The position numbers were made by a program, and so were the translations under genes. The notes under the pieces were generated by a model that did not search any database, was not told where the DNA came from, and worked only from the letters and a program-made list of their open reading frames with translations. Shown here piece after piece: positions 28,761 to 39,030 of a stretch of DNA of 64,000 bases. The stretch's first letter is position 1; every line of letters starts with the position of its first letter. The stretch lies in the sequence record OR532817.1. The stretch is one strand, 5' to 3'.

Positions 28761-28767
28761 GTTATTA

Positions 28768-31428
28768 TTACTGACATGCCTCAAGACGACGTGCCATAAA
28801 CTCGGCACGTCTTGTTGTTTGTCCATACCATGCAGAGTTGCGAATGTGGGCCGCTGCCAGGCGATAGTTTCCCTGTGCCATAGCACCAAGCATACCCGTA
28901 AATTGTTGTACACCCCCTTTACCCATCTGGAATACCATCTCGACTAGTACAAGTTGAGCCATATATGGGGTTTTCATCTTATAAGATGCATAGATAGAAC
29001 TGGCATCGTTGATTGCCTTTGTACTATCACGAACCAACATTGCATCAGCTTGTTCTTCGGTAATACCTGAACTGAAGTTTTCACCACGTAATACTAGGTG
29101 TCCATAACCAATAGTTGGGAATCCTCTACTATCAGTATAAGTCCAGAATTTATCATTTCTAAAGTACCCTTTTGCTTGTTGATATTGTTTAGTACCTTCA
29201 AACTCTTTGAGTTCTGGCATTAATGTAGAATCACCTGGTTTGATTTGCCAATCCACCGCAGTTTTATCTACTGTACCAATATTCATTTCTTGTGGGGAGT
29301 AATTAACCACTGTACTGCTTTTTGATGTTCTTGGTCGTCTAACCGGAACATGACGAGATCCACGTTGTGCATAACCAGAACCAATTGTTTGTATCTTGGT
29401 ACTAACAACCAGTTCATTACTATCATTACCAGACACCACTACTGTGTTAGATGATGTTTCTTTAGTAGCTTTACCTTGTATTAGTGTTTTATTTGCACAT
29501 TCTGAACCCGTACCAGTTTGGGTAGCATAGAATAGACCAGGATCTACCGTACCACTAAAACCATATAAATTGGCTGAATCGACGCGAATTTCAAATTTCA
29601 AAATACCACTTGCAGTACCAATTTCTTGTCCTTTTTGTACTACATCTTTACTATACAATGAAGTTTTCAAACCATAAAATACTGATTTATACCCAGAATT
29701 ATGTACAATATACACTGCATTATTATATATACCAACTGTACCGGCATCAGGTGCAACTACAGTAGAATTACATTGTATTTCCCAGCCATTATGATCTGTT
29801 GTACTTCCTTTATTGTCAGTTATATTTTTACCCCAATACCCGTACTGACGAATAATACCATTACATGGCATTAACATGTGAAGACCTTCATATGTTTGGG
29901 AATAACCATTCATACCAGTATCAGTCATTAAATCTTGTGTCTGCACTTGAGATGTTTCTGGGGCGTATGAGATGAACTGTACGGCCTCCTGTTGTTGAGC
30001 CTGTACCAACTGTGGCTGGACGTCATTCGCAGGTTGTGGATGTACTGGTGCCGTAGTTGAACCACTTCCTGAACCATTGTAACCTGTATCTACTGTACTA
30101 CCATGATTTGATGCATCCTGCCAGTTTGAAATATTATGAATATGTTCATTAAGTCCTGCATTTGGTGTTTTAAAGTCCGGTGCCATAAATTCAGCAGTAC
30201 CCTTATTACCTGAAGCATCAACTGTAAGATTCTGCCCACCACCACTGATATTAGTGGATGAATCACCGATGATGTTAGCAGTTGAACCTTTCATGGAAAC
30301 ATTACTACCAGCAGTCACATCAGTACTACTACCGCTTTGTAAACGTAAAGAAGCAGCCGTCACCAATCGTAAATCTGCACCACTATTGATAACTACTTGT
30401 CCTTCTATTTTAGAATCCAATGAACCAAGTAATTCAAGTTTAGTATTACCACTAATACGAGCATTAAGATCCTGTCCAGTTTCTATATTACATGATCTAC
30501 CAGCAACCATATTAATATCCTGACCAGCACGAATGTTAATATTTTTATCGCAGTGAATATTAATATCTCCATCACCGGTAAATGATATACGAGCAGTACC
30601 ATCACGATTGATTAATAAAATATCACCAGTTGCCTCAGATAACATCAACTGAGCACCACTACGAGTACGCAAAACAATACCTTCATTGGTTCTTGCTCCA
30701 ACCCTGGTATCATTCACTGGGTTGTTGAATTGTGTATCCTGATAAGTATCTGGATCATCATCCCATGAAGGAACATTAAGTTCATCATCGGTATATCCAT
30801 CATCTAGTACAAAACTATTACCCCTTGGTGTACTCATACCATATACTGTACTAATCATTTGTCTGGTACTACTTCTGTTAGCTACACCAGCTTCTTTGTC
30901 GTATAAAAGGTTTTGTTTTTTTAAACCTTCAACGATAGGAACATTGACATATTTTTCATTTTGATCAGTACTGATGGTATTTCTGTCATAATCGGTAACT
31001 GGTAATGGAGAATCTGTACCACTATATTGTGATGTAGTGGAAGTTGCCATACCTGGAACCATTGTGTTCATTCGTTGTTCGTATATACAACCAATCCAGT
31101 AAGCTTCATGTGATCTACCCTGAATGAATATAACAATTACTGGACAGCCTACATCGGGAGGTACCGCCCAGAATCCATAACCTTTTGGATACTGACCGTA
31201 TGCATCAGCACTCGGTACACCTGGGGTTTTACCTGCAAATGGAGACATATAAGAACATTCAATCCATGATTTCTTATCGTCTCGTTCACTTTGTGAACCC
31301 TGAACCCATACTTTAATTTTACCACTCATAGTAGGATCTCGGTTGTCCATAACAATCGCTACCTGTGGATAAGCTGGGTCAAAACGACCCAACTGTTCTT
31401 TTGCATACTGTTTACTTGTATCTACCAT
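28768..31428 (-). CDS. Baseplate hub/spike protein, gp5-like: OB fold, beta-helix, degenerate M23-like domain and C-terminal GH24 lysozyme (886 aa)
   Basis: VMDNRDPTMSGKIKVWV and WAVPPDVGCPVIVIF (gp5 OB fold); RTRSGAQLML and beta-repeats; HNGWE...GQEIG..KFEIR; EFEG...TDSRGFPTIGYGHL. Confidence 0.82.
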   Translation of the reverse strand: MVDTSKQYAKEQLGRFDPAYPQVAIVMDNRDPTMSGKIKVWVQGSQSERDDKKSWIECSYMSPFAGKTPGVPSADAYGQYPKGYGFWAVPPDVGCPVIVIFIQGRSHEAYWIGCIYEQRMNTMVPGMATSTTSQYSGTDSPLPVTDYDRNTISTDQNEKYVNVPIVEGLKKQNLLYDKEAGVANRSSTRQMISTVYGMSTPRGNSFVLDDGYTDDELNVPSWDDDPDTYQDTQFNNPVNDTRVGARTNEGIVLRTRSGAQLMLSEATGDILLINRDGTARISFTGDGDINIHCDKNINIRAGQDINMVAGRSCNIETGQDLNARISGNTKLELLGSLDSKIEGQVVINSGADLRLVTAASLRLQSGSSTDVTAGSNVSMKGSTANIIGDSSTNISGGGQNLTVDASGNKGTAEFMAPDFKTPNAGLNEHIHNISNWQDASNHGSTVDTGYNGSGSGSTTAPVHPQPANDVQPQLVQAQQQEAVQFISYAPETSQVQTQDLMTDTGMNGYSQTYEGLHMLMPCNGIIRQYGYWGKNITDNKGSTTDHNGWEIQCNSTVVAPDAGTVGIYNNAVYIVHNSGYKSVFYGLKTSLYSKDVVQKGQEIGTASGILKFEIRVDSANLYGFSGTVDPGLFYATQTGTGSECANKTLIQGKATKETSSNTVVVSGNDSNELVVSTKIQTIGSGYAQRGSRHVPVRRPRTSKSSTVVNYSPQEMNIGTVDKTAVDWQIKPGDSTLMPELKEFEGTKQYQQAKGYFRNDKFWTYTDSRGFPTIGYGHLVLRGENFSSGITEEQADAMLVRDSTKAINDASSIYASYKMKTPYMAQLVLVEMVFQMGKGGVQQFTGMLGAMAQGNYRLAAAHIRNSAWYGQTTRRAEFMARRLEACQ

Positions 31429-31439
31429 TATTATTTCCT

Positions 31440-33773
31440 TTAATTGGTATCAGAATTAGAATTTGATGTAGAATCTGAACGTTTTAATGCACGAACTACT
31501 AATGCTGCCTGAAGTTGTTGTGTAAATGAACCACCATTAGAGAACGTACTAACTACTTTATTAACTCTATAAAAAGAACTATTAAAAATTGTTGGGGTAC
31601 TTACATCCAAAATACCGGTATTATCATTAATAGAAACAACTGGTTTAATATTAAGTAAAAGATATGCTTCAGTATCCAGATAGTTAGCATAATAAAAATC
31701 ATCAACATCCAATGATATTTCTTGTCCATCCTGAACAATTTGTTTAATGTATTTTAAAAAAGAATAATCACTCCATCCCAACCAGTAAGGATCTCCAACA
31801 ACTTTCATGTCAAGATTCATTAGAAAAGGGCGAACATAATAATTATCACGCATGTTACGCCTAACCATTTCTTCTGAACTACTATTATCATTAACGGAAG
31901 CACTTGTGGTAGTGTAGTTATTCTCTGCTTCAGTAGGAACTGCGTAAATTAAATTATCACGAGTGGTAATATTACCAGTATCGCTTCCAGTACCACTGTG
32001 CTCAGATGAAACGTTGTCATTGTAATCTTCTACGTATTCTCGGTTAACTTGAACTTTGAAGTTATTAAGTTCATCCTGTTCTTCTTGTGCTCCAACTTTT
32101 TGTAATGGAATAAGTGATTCATTAACTTTTTTAACGAATTGTTTTTGTTCATCTGTTAATACAGTACCAAGTTTTTCTTTTGTTTTTAAATCATAAGCAA
32201 CTTCCCATGCATCCGGTAGTGTTTTGTACTGAACACCGTCCAGAATAAACGGAGTACTGGCATGAGTGCCACCAATATTTTTAGTGTCTTGTATTGGTGT
32301 GGGGTTACGTGTTGTAGCAACAAAAAACTGTTGATCGAATTTTAAATCTAAATTTAAAATTTCCTGGTTAAGACCCGTAAAATGATAATTATAAGTTTTG
32401 GCTTTTATTTTTGTTTTGTTATCACTTGGATCTATATATTTCTTAGCCTCATTAAAAAATGTTTCAAAATTAAATCTTTCTTTTTCCAAATCTTTCTCAT
32501 GAACAATATCACCGAGTTTATATGGTAAAATATTAAAAATAACTTTATATACAGTAGTATTTCGATATGGATCAAACCCCACATATTCCTGTACTGGAAT
32601 GATATTAACAAATTGACGAACACTTTGTACATCTGCTGGATTACCACAGTTATCAAGTACATCATCGATTATTCTTGAAATTGGTGTACTGGCATTCCAT
32701 GACAAATACTTTGAACCTTGTTGACCTGTACTTGTCTTACCTACTTCGGAACTTTGTTTAGAATCATAATTGATATATAAATCTTTAAGAGAAGGAGTGA
32801 CTCTTAATTCAAAGAATTTTTGATCAGAAAGTTCACTAAACAATGGGACAAGATAACCATATTGTCTCATTGACATTTCATTTAATTTATCTTCTAAATC
32901 AGCACATAATTCGTCAAAATATGCAGCAGTGCAGTTATATTGTTCTTTTAGTGTCCATGAATTATTATCAATTAAACTTCTTGTGTTAGCCACTAATTGC
33001 ATATTGTATTTCATTACGCTACCAGTTTGAGAAGCCTGTGCCAGTACTTTAATCATACGAACCGACCATTTTCTGGTAATATCAGGAATAACTGTTGGTG
33101 CTCCATCTTTATATCCAATAAATTTTAATTCGAGAATAAGAGGTACATCACCAAATTTCTTATAGCCAAGTTTGTTGCTTAATACAATTAATGTATCATA
33201 TAAACTCATACTATTATTTTCAGTAACAGAAATTTCATATGTATTAGAGCTATAGCAAGTGGTCAAACCGGGAGAAGCCGGAACTGCGTTAGTAATTTTA
33301 ACATCAGTAATACTATAATTAGATGTAACACCACTTTCAGCAATAATATATTCTTGTGATTCCCAGTTTGGCTCTTTGTTAAACATTTTGAAATCATCCG
33401 GTGATAATGCATAAAGGGAAAAATGCCATGTGTAATTATCATACTGTAATAGAACATTTTCATAATTAACTACATAGTCATTAAAATCTTTTCCATAAAA
33501 TACACCATCTAATGGTCTATCAGTGCCATTATTTTCTGGTTGTGGGTTAGCCGCAAATTTGTTATTACTAATAGCACTAACATCATTTTTTAAAGAATTT
33601 ACTTTATTTTGTAATATAGAAGAAATGTCTTTTGTAGCACTACTTTCGGATGTTGTAGTACTTGTTGAGTTTGATACACTGCTTGTAGTACTACTTGATG
33701 CTGTTTTAGCTTGTTCTACATCATCAGCAAATGTTTGTGCCTGTTTTACTAGATTACTTAAATTGAATGCCAT
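31440..33773 (-). CDS. Putative baseplate hub protein (777 aa)
   Basis: Lies between gp53-like and gp5-like genes; C-terminal LDMKVVGDPYWLG...FYRVNKVVSTFSNGGSFTQQL resembles gp27/late-control-D family ends. Confidence 0.55.
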   Translation of the reverse strand: MAFNLSNLVKQAQTFADDVEQAKTASSSTTSSVSNSTSTTTSESSATKDISSILQNKVNSLKNDVSAISNNKFAANPQPENNGTDRPLDGVFYGKDFNDYVVNYENVLLQYDNYTWHFSLYALSPDDFKMFNKEPNWESQEYIIAESGVTSNYSITDVKITNAVPASPGLTTCYSSNTYEISVTENNSMSLYDTLIVLSNKLGYKKFGDVPLILELKFIGYKDGAPTVIPDITRKWSVRMIKVLAQASQTGSVMKYNMQLVANTRSLIDNNSWTLKEQYNCTAAYFDELCADLEDKLNEMSMRQYGYLVPLFSELSDQKFFELRVTPSLKDLYINYDSKQSSEVGKTSTGQQGSKYLSWNASTPISRIIDDVLDNCGNPADVQSVRQFVNIIPVQEYVGFDPYRNTTVYKVIFNILPYKLGDIVHEKDLEKERFNFETFFNEAKKYIDPSDNKTKIKAKTYNYHFTGLNQEILNLDLKFDQQFFVATTRNPTPIQDTKNIGGTHASTPFILDGVQYKTLPDAWEVAYDLKTKEKLGTVLTDEQKQFVKKVNESLIPLQKVGAQEEQDELNNFKVQVNREYVEDYNDNVSSEHSGTGSDTGNITTRDNLIYAVPTEAENNYTTTSASVNDNSSSEEMVRRNMRDNYYVRPFLMNLDMKVVGDPYWLGWSDYSFLKYIKQIVQDGQEISLDVDDFYYANYLDTEAYLLLNIKPVVSINDNTGILDVSTPTIFNSSFYRVNKVVSTFSNGGSFTQQLQAALVVRALKRSDSTSNSNSDTN

Positions 33774-33782
33774 AATAACCTC

Positions 33783-34109
33783 TTATTGGACGTTTCTCGA
33801 AGTCCCAAGATACGTTTGAATTCTTTGTGGTGTGGGTACTTTAATAACTAAACCACTTTTAAAATTATAAATTGGATCTTCACCTAATAAATCTGGATTA
33901 AGAAGTGCAAAAATATAATACAAACGTTCATTGCCGTATAATTCATATGATAATCTCCACGGCTGTTCATCGTATTTGGCAGGAATTTCGTAATCCTGAT
34001 CACTATCTGCCGCCACCATATCTCTTGGTAAATTATAATCCAGATACCACGTCTTTTCAGTCTTTGCGTATGGAGAAAATTGACTTGGGCTTGCATTAGA
34101 ATTTGACAT
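33783..34109 (-). CDS. Baseplate wedge protein, gp53-like (LysM-type)
   Basis: YEIPAKYDEQPWRLSYELYGNERLYYIFALLN...VIKVPT. Confidence 0.75.
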   Translation of the reverse strand: MSNSNASPSQFSPYAKTEKTWYLDYNLPRDMVAADSDQDYEIPAKYDEQPWRLSYELYGNERLYYIFALLNPDLLGEDPIYNFKSGLVIKVPTPQRIQTYLGTSRNVQ

Positions 34110-34840
34110 TAAATAAATCCTCCTTTGCGTAATAAGTCTCCACGCTTAAATGAATTGAGATTGAAATTCTTGGTAACATAATCCGATGTGGGTTGCTCTT
34201 CTAATTGGATAGTTACAGGGACTTTGTGTGGAACCCATACTTCGTTTTGTTGATTCATATAACCATTACTTCTTAATTGATCAAAAAAAGTTCTGGTATC
34301 CGCATCACTTAAATTAAATGTAGTAGTGCTACTATCAACTGGAACCTGAATATAATCAACATCGTTGGTTAAAGAAAAATTATAACTTTTTAAAATAACA
34401 GGAATATCATTATATACATATCTTCCATAAGCACTTAGTAGTAAAATCGGTGGAGGTGCACCAGCAACAGCATAATCGTTATTACTACTCATAGCAGCCT
34501 GTCTACCAAAATCCATCAATGATACGCTTCTTATGAAATGCATACATGCTAAAGTATACAGTGCTTCTGTTGGTGTATTACTAATGAATTCACCTTGAAT
34601 ATTAAAAATAGTATTAGATGTGTTTTTATAATTATTATAATTTGAATTCGAATGCACTGGTGATTGTGTTTCATAAACTACCGAACGTTGTTCTGTAATA
34701 GTTGGGGTAACATTCCATACTAAACCATTAGAACTTCTAAGAAAGGATAGTAACGTTGGTTTGGAAGCATCTCCGTAATCACCGTATACATAATTCGCAC
34801 CCGCATCTTTTGGTCTTAATCTTACACGGCGGTCAATCAT
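34109..34840 (-). CDS. Baseplate tail-tube cap/initiator-like protein
   Basis: PPPILLLSAYGRYVYNDIPVILKSYNFSL..DVDY pattern of tube-initiator proteins; exact TATAAATA at 34870-34877 (minus strand). Confidence 0.55.
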   Translation of the reverse strand: MIDRRVRLRPKDAGANYVYGDYGDASKPTLLSFLRSSNGLVWNVTPTITEQRSVVYETQSPVHSNSNYNNYKNTSNTIFNIQGEFISNTPTEALYTLACMHFIRSVSLMDFGRQAAMSSNNDYAVAGAPPPILLLSAYGRYVYNDIPVILKSYNFSLTNDVDYIQVPVDSSTTTFNLSDADTRTFFDQLRSNGYMNQQNEVWVPHKVPVTIQLEEQPTSDYVTKNFNLNSFKRGDLLRKGGFI

Positions 34841-34958
34841 TTTTTATTTCTCCATTAGGACATTTATAATATTTATATTTGAATAAAAACTATTTTTTGT
34901 ACTATAATATATACAATGATCCATATTATGGACAACGTGCAATCAAAAGGATTTGTAA

Positions 34959-35828
34959 ATGACACGCCCACGCAGAAAAAAATATCTCAATAATGCAGAT
35001 CTATTGAGAGAAATTCAAAAAAGTAAAATGACATATTGTTCTGTAATAGATCCTATATACAATATGTATGATTTCATTGTTTTTGATGAATCAGAAATCG
35101 ATGAAGAGATTCTACAAAAAGCAAAAACTGCAAGAATCAAACGTCTAAATAATGAAATCCTCGAAAATACAAGGAATGTTCTGAATTGTGGAACTAAAAA
35201 GGCCCGAGAACATTGCATTGAACAGGATTTATTCTTAAAAGATGTACCAGATGATGAAGTTGTTATTAGAGTAATCACAAATGAACACATTCCAGAAGGA
35301 ACACGTACAAATTTCGAAGCATTTAAGCAATATATTATCAGTACTGATGGTGAATTGATTGAAGTTGCTAGAAGTCACTGGAAAGGTGATTTTGAAACCG
35401 GAGAATTCACTGTTAATGGTGGTAAGTTAACTAATGAGCTTGGTAAAATGTTCATTAAGCTGGTTGAAGAGATTTCACATAAAGCTAATTTTAGAAATTA
35501 TACATACTTAGATGAAATGCAAGGTGAAGCACGAATTCAGTTGGTAAAAAATGCTCTACTTTTCAAAGAAAGTATGTTGTACAAAAAAGATAAACCTACT
35601 AATCAACTAAATCCATTTTCTTATTATACAAGTTTCGTAACTAATTCGTTTCGTTCTGTTCTTAATAGTGAAAAAACGGTTCGTAATATCCGAGATGATT
35701 TATTAGAAATAAACGGTTTCACTCCATCTCACACACGTCAATTGGAAATTGAAGTACAAATGATTGAACGAAAGAAAGAAGAAGAACAAGAAGAGAAAGA
35801 TATCGATGAAAACCGACATTTTATTTGA
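34959..35828 (+). CDS. gp55: Late-transcription sigma factor, T4 gp55-like
   Basis: KKYLNNADLL; TNELGKMFIKLVEEISHKANFRNYTYLDEMQGEA; NPFSYYTSFVTNSF. Lies directly upstream of gp47/gp46, as in T4-like phages. Confidence 0.85.
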   Translation: MTRPRRKKYLNNADLLREIQKSKMTYCSVIDPIYNMYDFIVFDESEIDEEILQKAKTARIKRLNNEILENTRNVLNCGTKKAREHCIEQDLFLKDVPDDEVVIRVITNEHIPEGTRTNFEAFKQYIISTDGELIEVARSHWKGDFETGEFTVNGGKLTNELGKMFIKLVEEISHKANFRNYTYLDEMQGEARIQLVKNALLFKESMLYKKDKPTNQLNPFSYYTSFVTNSFRSVLNSEKTVRNIRDDLLEINGFTPSHTRQLEIEVQMIERKKEEEQEEKDIDENRHFI

Positions 35829-36846
35829 TAAAGCGATAACATTCACTGATATTCATTTCGGAATGAAGAATAACAGTAAACAACACAATGAAGATTGTGT
35901 TAATTTTGTCAAATTCATGATTGAAGAAGCAAAAAAGAACGAAATAAGAGTTGCTATTTTTATGGGTGACTATTTTCACAACAGAAGTAATATTAATATT
36001 CAAACACTTAATTACGGTCTTGAAGTTCTTCAGATGCTTAATGATAATTTTGATAAAGTTTACTTTCTTGTTGGCAATCATGATATGTATCACAAAAATA
36101 AACGAGATATAACCAGCATTAATATGGCTAAAGTATACAATAATATTGTATTCATTAATGAAATTACAACAATTAAAGATTGTACTTTTATCCCGTTTAT
36201 GATTGATGATGAATATAAACAATTACCACATATTAAATCCAAATATGTTTTTGGGCATCTTGAATTGCCTGGATATTTGTTGAATAAAATGGTAGAAATG
36301 CCTGATTGTGGAAAAGAGAATGAAGATTCTTTTAGTTCATGTGAATATGTTTTTAGTGGACACTTTCATAAACGTCAGGCTAAATTAACCAGACATGGTA
36401 CTAAAATTGTATACACTGGAAACTGTTTCCCTCATAACTTTTCTGATACATGGGATGATGCTCGTGGTGTTATGATTCTTGAACACGGAAAAGAGCCACA
36501 ATTTAAAGCATGGGAACATGCACCCAAATACAGAACATTCACCTTATCCGAATTTTTGTCTAACCCACAGTATTACGCTCAAGATGATACTATCAACAAA
36601 GTGTTAATTGATGTTAATATCAGTACTGATGAAATTAGTTTCATTCGTGAAATATTCAGTTCTCAATATAATATCAGAGAATTTAATGCTGTTGCTAATA
36701 AACAAAATATAAAAGAATTACTTGAATCTGAACAGGAATTCGAAAATACAGAATCAGTCGATGAAATTGTAATTCAACAAATTATGGAACTTGATAGTAC
36801 AATGTTCGATAAATCACTACTTATACAAATATATAATTCTTTATAA
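35806..36846 (+). CDS. gp47: Recombination endonuclease subunit, gp47 / SbcD-Mre11 family
   Basis: Metallophosphoesterase motifs TDIHFG, GDYFH, VGNHD, GHLE and SGHFH. ATG at 35806 overlaps the gp55 end. Confidence 0.9.
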   Translation: MKTDILFDKAITFTDIHFGMKNNSKQHNEDCVNFVKFMIEEAKKNEIRVAIFMGDYFHNRSNINIQTLNYGLEVLQMLNDNFDKVYFLVGNHDMYHKNKRDITSINMAKVYNNIVFINEITTIKDCTFIPFMIDDEYKQLPHIKSKYVFGHLELPGYLLNKMVEMPDCGKENEDSFSSCEYVFSGHFHKRQAKLTRHGTKIVYTGNCFPHNFSDTWDDARGVMILEHGKEPQFKAWEHAPKYRTFTLSEFLSNPQYYAQDDTINKVLIDVNISTDEISFIREIFSSQYNIREFNAVANKQNIKELLESEQEFENTESVDEIVIQQIMELDSTMFDKSLLIQIYNSL

Positions 36847-36855
36847 GGAAATAAA

Positions 36856-39000
36856 GTGTTAACATTTAAACGTATTACTATGCGAAATTTTTTCTCCTTT
36901 GGTAATGCACCACAAACAATTGATCTAGATAGTTCAGATATTACACTTGTTCTTGGTCAAAATAATGATGCAGTTATTGAAGGAAATGATAGTTCAGGAA
37001 GAAGAAATGGTGTTGGTAAATCCGCTATTATTCAGGGAATTGTTTTTGGTTTGTACGGAAAAAGTATTGCAAATGAAATTAAAATTCCCAATTTAGTGAA
37101 TAAAATAAACGGAAAGAACTGTGAAGTAAAAATTGAATTTGAAAAAGATGGAATTTCTTATATTGTAGAACGTGGGCGTAATCCTGCGTTTTTTAATTTC
37201 ATCAAACTCAGTGATGATCAAATAAATGACGAAAGTCGTGGTGAAAAGAAAGATACACAAGAAGATTTAAATGAAATTTTGGGTATTTCACAATTTCTGT
37301 TTGAACACATTGTAGTACTGAATGCTAATGTCGAACCTTTTCTTTCTATGTCTGCACAAAAACAACGTGATATGATCGAAGAACTTCTCGGTATTACACA
37401 ATTAACCGAAAAAGCACAACTTCTTAAAGATATGCAGAAGGAAACTAAGCGTTTAGCAGAGCAAGAGCGTTTTAAAAATGAAACGATACAAGCAAGTAAT
37501 GAACGAATTCAAAAAAGTATAGAAACTCTTCAGGAACAAGCAAATAAATTCGAAATTGATAAGTCAAACCGAATCAGTGAACTTGAAAAGCAGATTGAAA
37601 CGTATTCTGTTCTAAATTTCGAAGAACTATATGAACAAGCAAATATAAAAGAAGAATCATTAATTCATAATGCAAAGAAATCCAATTTAGAAAATCGCGT
37701 ATCTGATTTAGTACTGAAATATGAATCGTATAAACGAGATATTGAACATAATAAAGCAATACTAAAGATTAATATCGAACGCCTTCAACAAGTTGACATT
37801 GTAAGTGAATTAAAGAATCATGAAGAACTTGAATTGTGGAAACAACTTGAATCTATACTAAAAGAGAACATAACACAAAAGAATTATAAAGAACAAAAAA
37901 TAAATTTATTAAAAAGTACGTTACAAAGTTCTAAATCTTCTCTTGAATTGGAAAAAAACAAACTAGATGTGGTACTGAATAGTAAATGCCCACTGTGTAA
38001 ATCAAGTCTAGAGCATAATGAGCATAGTTCTGATATTAAATCAAAAATTCTGAAAACGATTACTGATATTGAGAACTCTATATTAAGTACTGAATATGAT
38101 ATTAGTATACTTTATGAAGAAGTTGATTCAATTGACGTGTTTGATATGCCCCCTAAGCCTGAAACTGTGTATAATACACTGACTGAAGCACAAATGCATG
38201 AGCATAAGTTACAGGAGTTAATTAAACAGTACGAAATTGATCAAATCAATATTTTTGAATCAGAATTAATGTCATCATATGAAGAATTAAATTCTTTTGA
38301 ACTAAAAGATGTACCAGATGCACTAACCAAGACTGAAGTTCGTGAACTGGAACTTGCTTATGATTCATTAAAACAACAATTACAACGAGAATTTAGTACA
38401 GTAAACACATATATTAGTCAAATTAACACACTTCAGAATGAATCCATTGTTGTGGTTAATTATGACTCTTATAATGAACTGGATAAGCTACAAAATCATC
38501 AAGATTTTATGGTTAAACTTCTTCTCAATAAAGATTCATACTTGAGAAAGCGTATCATCGAACAAAATATTTCATTTTTAAACAACAGACTTCAGTACTA
38601 TATTGATATGTGTGGTTCAGAGCACAATGTTAAGTTCTTGACTGATTTGAGTGTTGAAATTGAAAAGAATGACCAGTACTTTGACTATAAACAGCTTAGT
38701 CGCGGTGAACGTACTCGTGTTAATATCGCACTGTCTTGTGCCTTCAGGGATACATATGAATCATTATATCAAAATATCAATTTAATTTGTTGTGATGAGG
38801 CATTAGAAACTGGCTTGGATGCTAGTGGTGTATTGAGAGCATGGATGATATTTCAGGACATGGCATCAATCAGAAATAAAAATGTCTTTGTTATTTCACA
38901 CAGAGATGAACTTATTTCAAAAACCGAAAATATCATGAAAGTTACTAAAGAGGATGGATTCAGTACTGTTCAGTACTGTACATTAGACGATATATATTAA
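36856..39000 (+). CDS. gp46: Recombination ATPase, gp46 / SbcC-Rad50 family
   Basis: GTG start; Walker A NGVGKS, zinc hook CPLC, signature LSRGE, Walker B CCDE, ISH. Confidence 0.92.
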   Translation: MLTFKRITMRNFFSFGNAPQTIDLDSSDITLVLGQNNDAVIEGNDSSGRRNGVGKSAIIQGIVFGLYGKSIANEIKIPNLVNKINGKNCEVKIEFEKDGISYIVERGRNPAFFNFIKLSDDQINDESRGEKKDTQEDLNEILGISQFLFEHIVVLNANVEPFLSMSAQKQRDMIEELLGITQLTEKAQLLKDMQKETKRLAEQERFKNETIQASNERIQKSIETLQEQANKFEIDKSNRISELEKQIETYSVLNFEELYEQANIKEESLIHNAKKSNLENRVSDLVLKYESYKRDIEHNKAILKINIERLQQVDIVSELKNHEELELWKQLESILKENITQKNYKEQKINLLKSTLQSSKSSLELEKNKLDVVLNSKCPLCKSSLEHNEHSSDIKSKILKTITDIENSILSTEYDISILYEEVDSIDVFDMPPKPETVYNTLTEAQMHEHKLQELIKQYEIDQINIFESELMSSYEELNSFELKDVPDALTKTEVRELELAYDSLKQQLQREFSTVNTYISQINTLQNESIVVVNYDSYNELDKLQNHQDFMVKLLLNKDSYLRKRIIEQNISFLNNRLQYYIDMCGSEHNVKFLTDLSVEIEKNDQYFDYKQLSRGERTRVNIALSCAFRDTYESLYQNINLICCDEALETGLDASGVLRAWMIFQDMASIRNKNVFVISHRDELISKTENIMKVTKEDGFSTVQYCTLDDIY

Positions 39001-39030
39001 AAAAAGGGGAGCATATTAGCTCCCCTTTTT
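39001..39030. terminator. Bidirectional intrinsic terminator
   Basis: AAAAAGGGGAGC-atatta-GCTCCCCTTTTT. Confidence 0.85.

Noticed and set aside
28788-28811. Hairpin GACGTGCC/GGCACGTC
   Set aside because: Lies inside the last codons of the gp5-like gene (RRAEFMARR); may be incidental.
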